NCBI GenBank assembly: GCA_030390025.1
Contig: CM059432.1
Location: forward strand, 62,808,001 to 62,872,000
Reading direction: 5' to 3'
Source: Squalus acanthias
Taxonomy: Eukaryota
DNA: 64,000 bases
Shown: positions 62,447 to 64,000 of the stretch, piece after piece
Numbering within the stretch: position 1 is the stretch's first letter
How the letters are laid out: each line of letters opens with the position of its first letter
The notes under the pieces: generated by a model
Database searches by the model: none
What the model saw: the letters and a program-made list of their open reading frames with translations, nothing else
What the model was told of the DNA's origin: nothing
Made by a program: the position numbers and the translations under genes

Positions 62447-64000
62447 CTAAAGCCCGCGCAGCCCGTTTACCTGTGTCCGCTCAGCTATGATGCGTGGAAA
62501 AGACCCCTGGTAGAGATGGAGGTAGAGAAGCAGAAGGGTAGTTACTTGTTGGACATGGGAGCTTCATGCACCGTGATTCATACAGATAGCCCCTTTGATT
62601 CACCACTGTCTACCAAGGTCCCATTCACATTAGCGGGGTTCACGGGAAAAGAGCAGGCTGGCGCGTTCTCCATTCCGCTCTCCATTCATTTAGGAGCACT
62701 CCACACTACATGGAAGTGCATACTGATGAAATGGCAAGAGGGGGGTGGCAGAGGTATCCTCGGATCGGATCTCCTAGCGGAACACGGGATCCTCGTGGAC
62801 CTTAGGAATCACTGTCTCTGGGGAGCCAAGGGTGGGAAAGACAAGGTAGTTGTAATCCCAGGGAAGGAAGGAAAAGGGGCCCTGTGTACCATGAAGCCAT
62901 CCGGAGGTTACGACCTCGGGCTTATGGTCGCGGATGTCCCAACGGACATGCAAACGTACGTGTCAGATAATATGCACGCGTTTGCAACCCACAAGCACGA
63001 TTGTGGGAGGGTTACCGGGTTTGAGGTCAGCGTAGACGGGGACCCCATGACCCGGCCCCAAAAGCAGTATAACTTCCCCAAAGAAGCAGAACCCGACATG
63101 GAGACAGCAATGTCCTCATTGGTGCAGCAGGGCGTGTTGAGACCGATAGCCACACACGTGAACTCCCCATTATGGCCGGTAAGGAAGCCGGATAATTCGT
63201 GGAGGGCCACGGTGGACTACAGAGTCCTTAACAGTAACATCCCCGCCTGCGCGCCCACAGTAGCAGCAGTTGCTGACCTAATAGGGAGTATCCCAGCGTC
63301 CGCGACCACGTTCACGGTGCTGGATATCTCGAACGGTTTTTGGTCCATCCCGCTGCGGCGAGAGGACCAGTACAAGTTTGCCTTTACTTTTAAAGGACAA
63401 CAGTACACGTGGAACTGTCTGCCACAGGGTTTCCACAACAGCCCCAGTATTTTCCATCAGTGTATGGCAGGAAGTTTAAAGGAGTTTAGTCAGCCCAATC
63501 AGATAGTGCAGTACGTGGATGATTTGCTCCTGTTCACAGACTCAAGGGAGGAGCATGGACCACTGTTAGCCGCGTTATTGGAGCTGCTAGCGAGAAAGGG
63601 TTTTAAAGTTAACCCTAAGAAAGCACGGATCGGTCAGCAGGAATTAAAATTCCTGGGCCTGACCATTCGCGCTGGGGAAAGAGCCATAGATAAGGCTAGG
63701 AGGGAGTCGGTGCAGGAGTTACCGATTCCCAACACCATAACGGGTGTGAGGTCCTTTCTGGGACTGACCGGTTACTGTAGAGACTTCATCGAGGACTATG
63801 CGGCCACAGCAGCTCCGCTGCTCCGACTCCTCCATAAGGGAGTGGAGTGGTCTTGGGACGAGGGTTGTCAGGCAGCATTCGAGAAGTTAAAAAGGGATCT
63901 GCAGACCGCGCCAGCTTTAGGGGCCATAGATGGGGGGGAGGAGTTTTTCCTGGAGGTAGCTGCCAGCGGAGACAGCTTGAGCGCTGTGCTGCTCCAAGAG
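62447..64000 (+). CDS. pol: Pol (protease, reverse transcriptase, start of RNase H-like tether), partial; in frame with gag
   Basis: Hand translation is open to the window end: LLDMGAS, GILGSDLL, RPQKQY, NSPLWPVRKPD, LDISNGFW, LPQGFHNSP, QYVDD (YVDD 63512-63523), FLGLTGYCR. Confidence 0.95.

Overview
Vertebrate repeat-dense DNA, most likely from a cartilaginous fish (CR1, L2, DeuSINE and Penelope repertoire; inferred), with no host gene I can support. PIF/Harbinger DNA transposons dominate. Three two-gene elements (25590-30010, 47902-51825, 51844-57382) each carry a DDE transposase converging with a 3-exon Myb/SANT-like gene. There are also two 893-bp non-autonomous copies and many MITEs and relics. 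Three Harbingers sit side by side within a reconstructed 38-bp ancestral site just upstream of a CR1 ORF1. The window ends in the 5' half of a young retrovirus-like LTR element (59004-64000). It has a ~1.6-kb LTR, a PBS, and a Gag with coiled coil, PSAP/PPxY and CCHC motifs. An in-frame CAA-TGA-CTA stop leads into an open PR-RT with foamy-like motifs and a degenerate (tether-like) first RNase H. All calls are by eye; family names need database confirmation.
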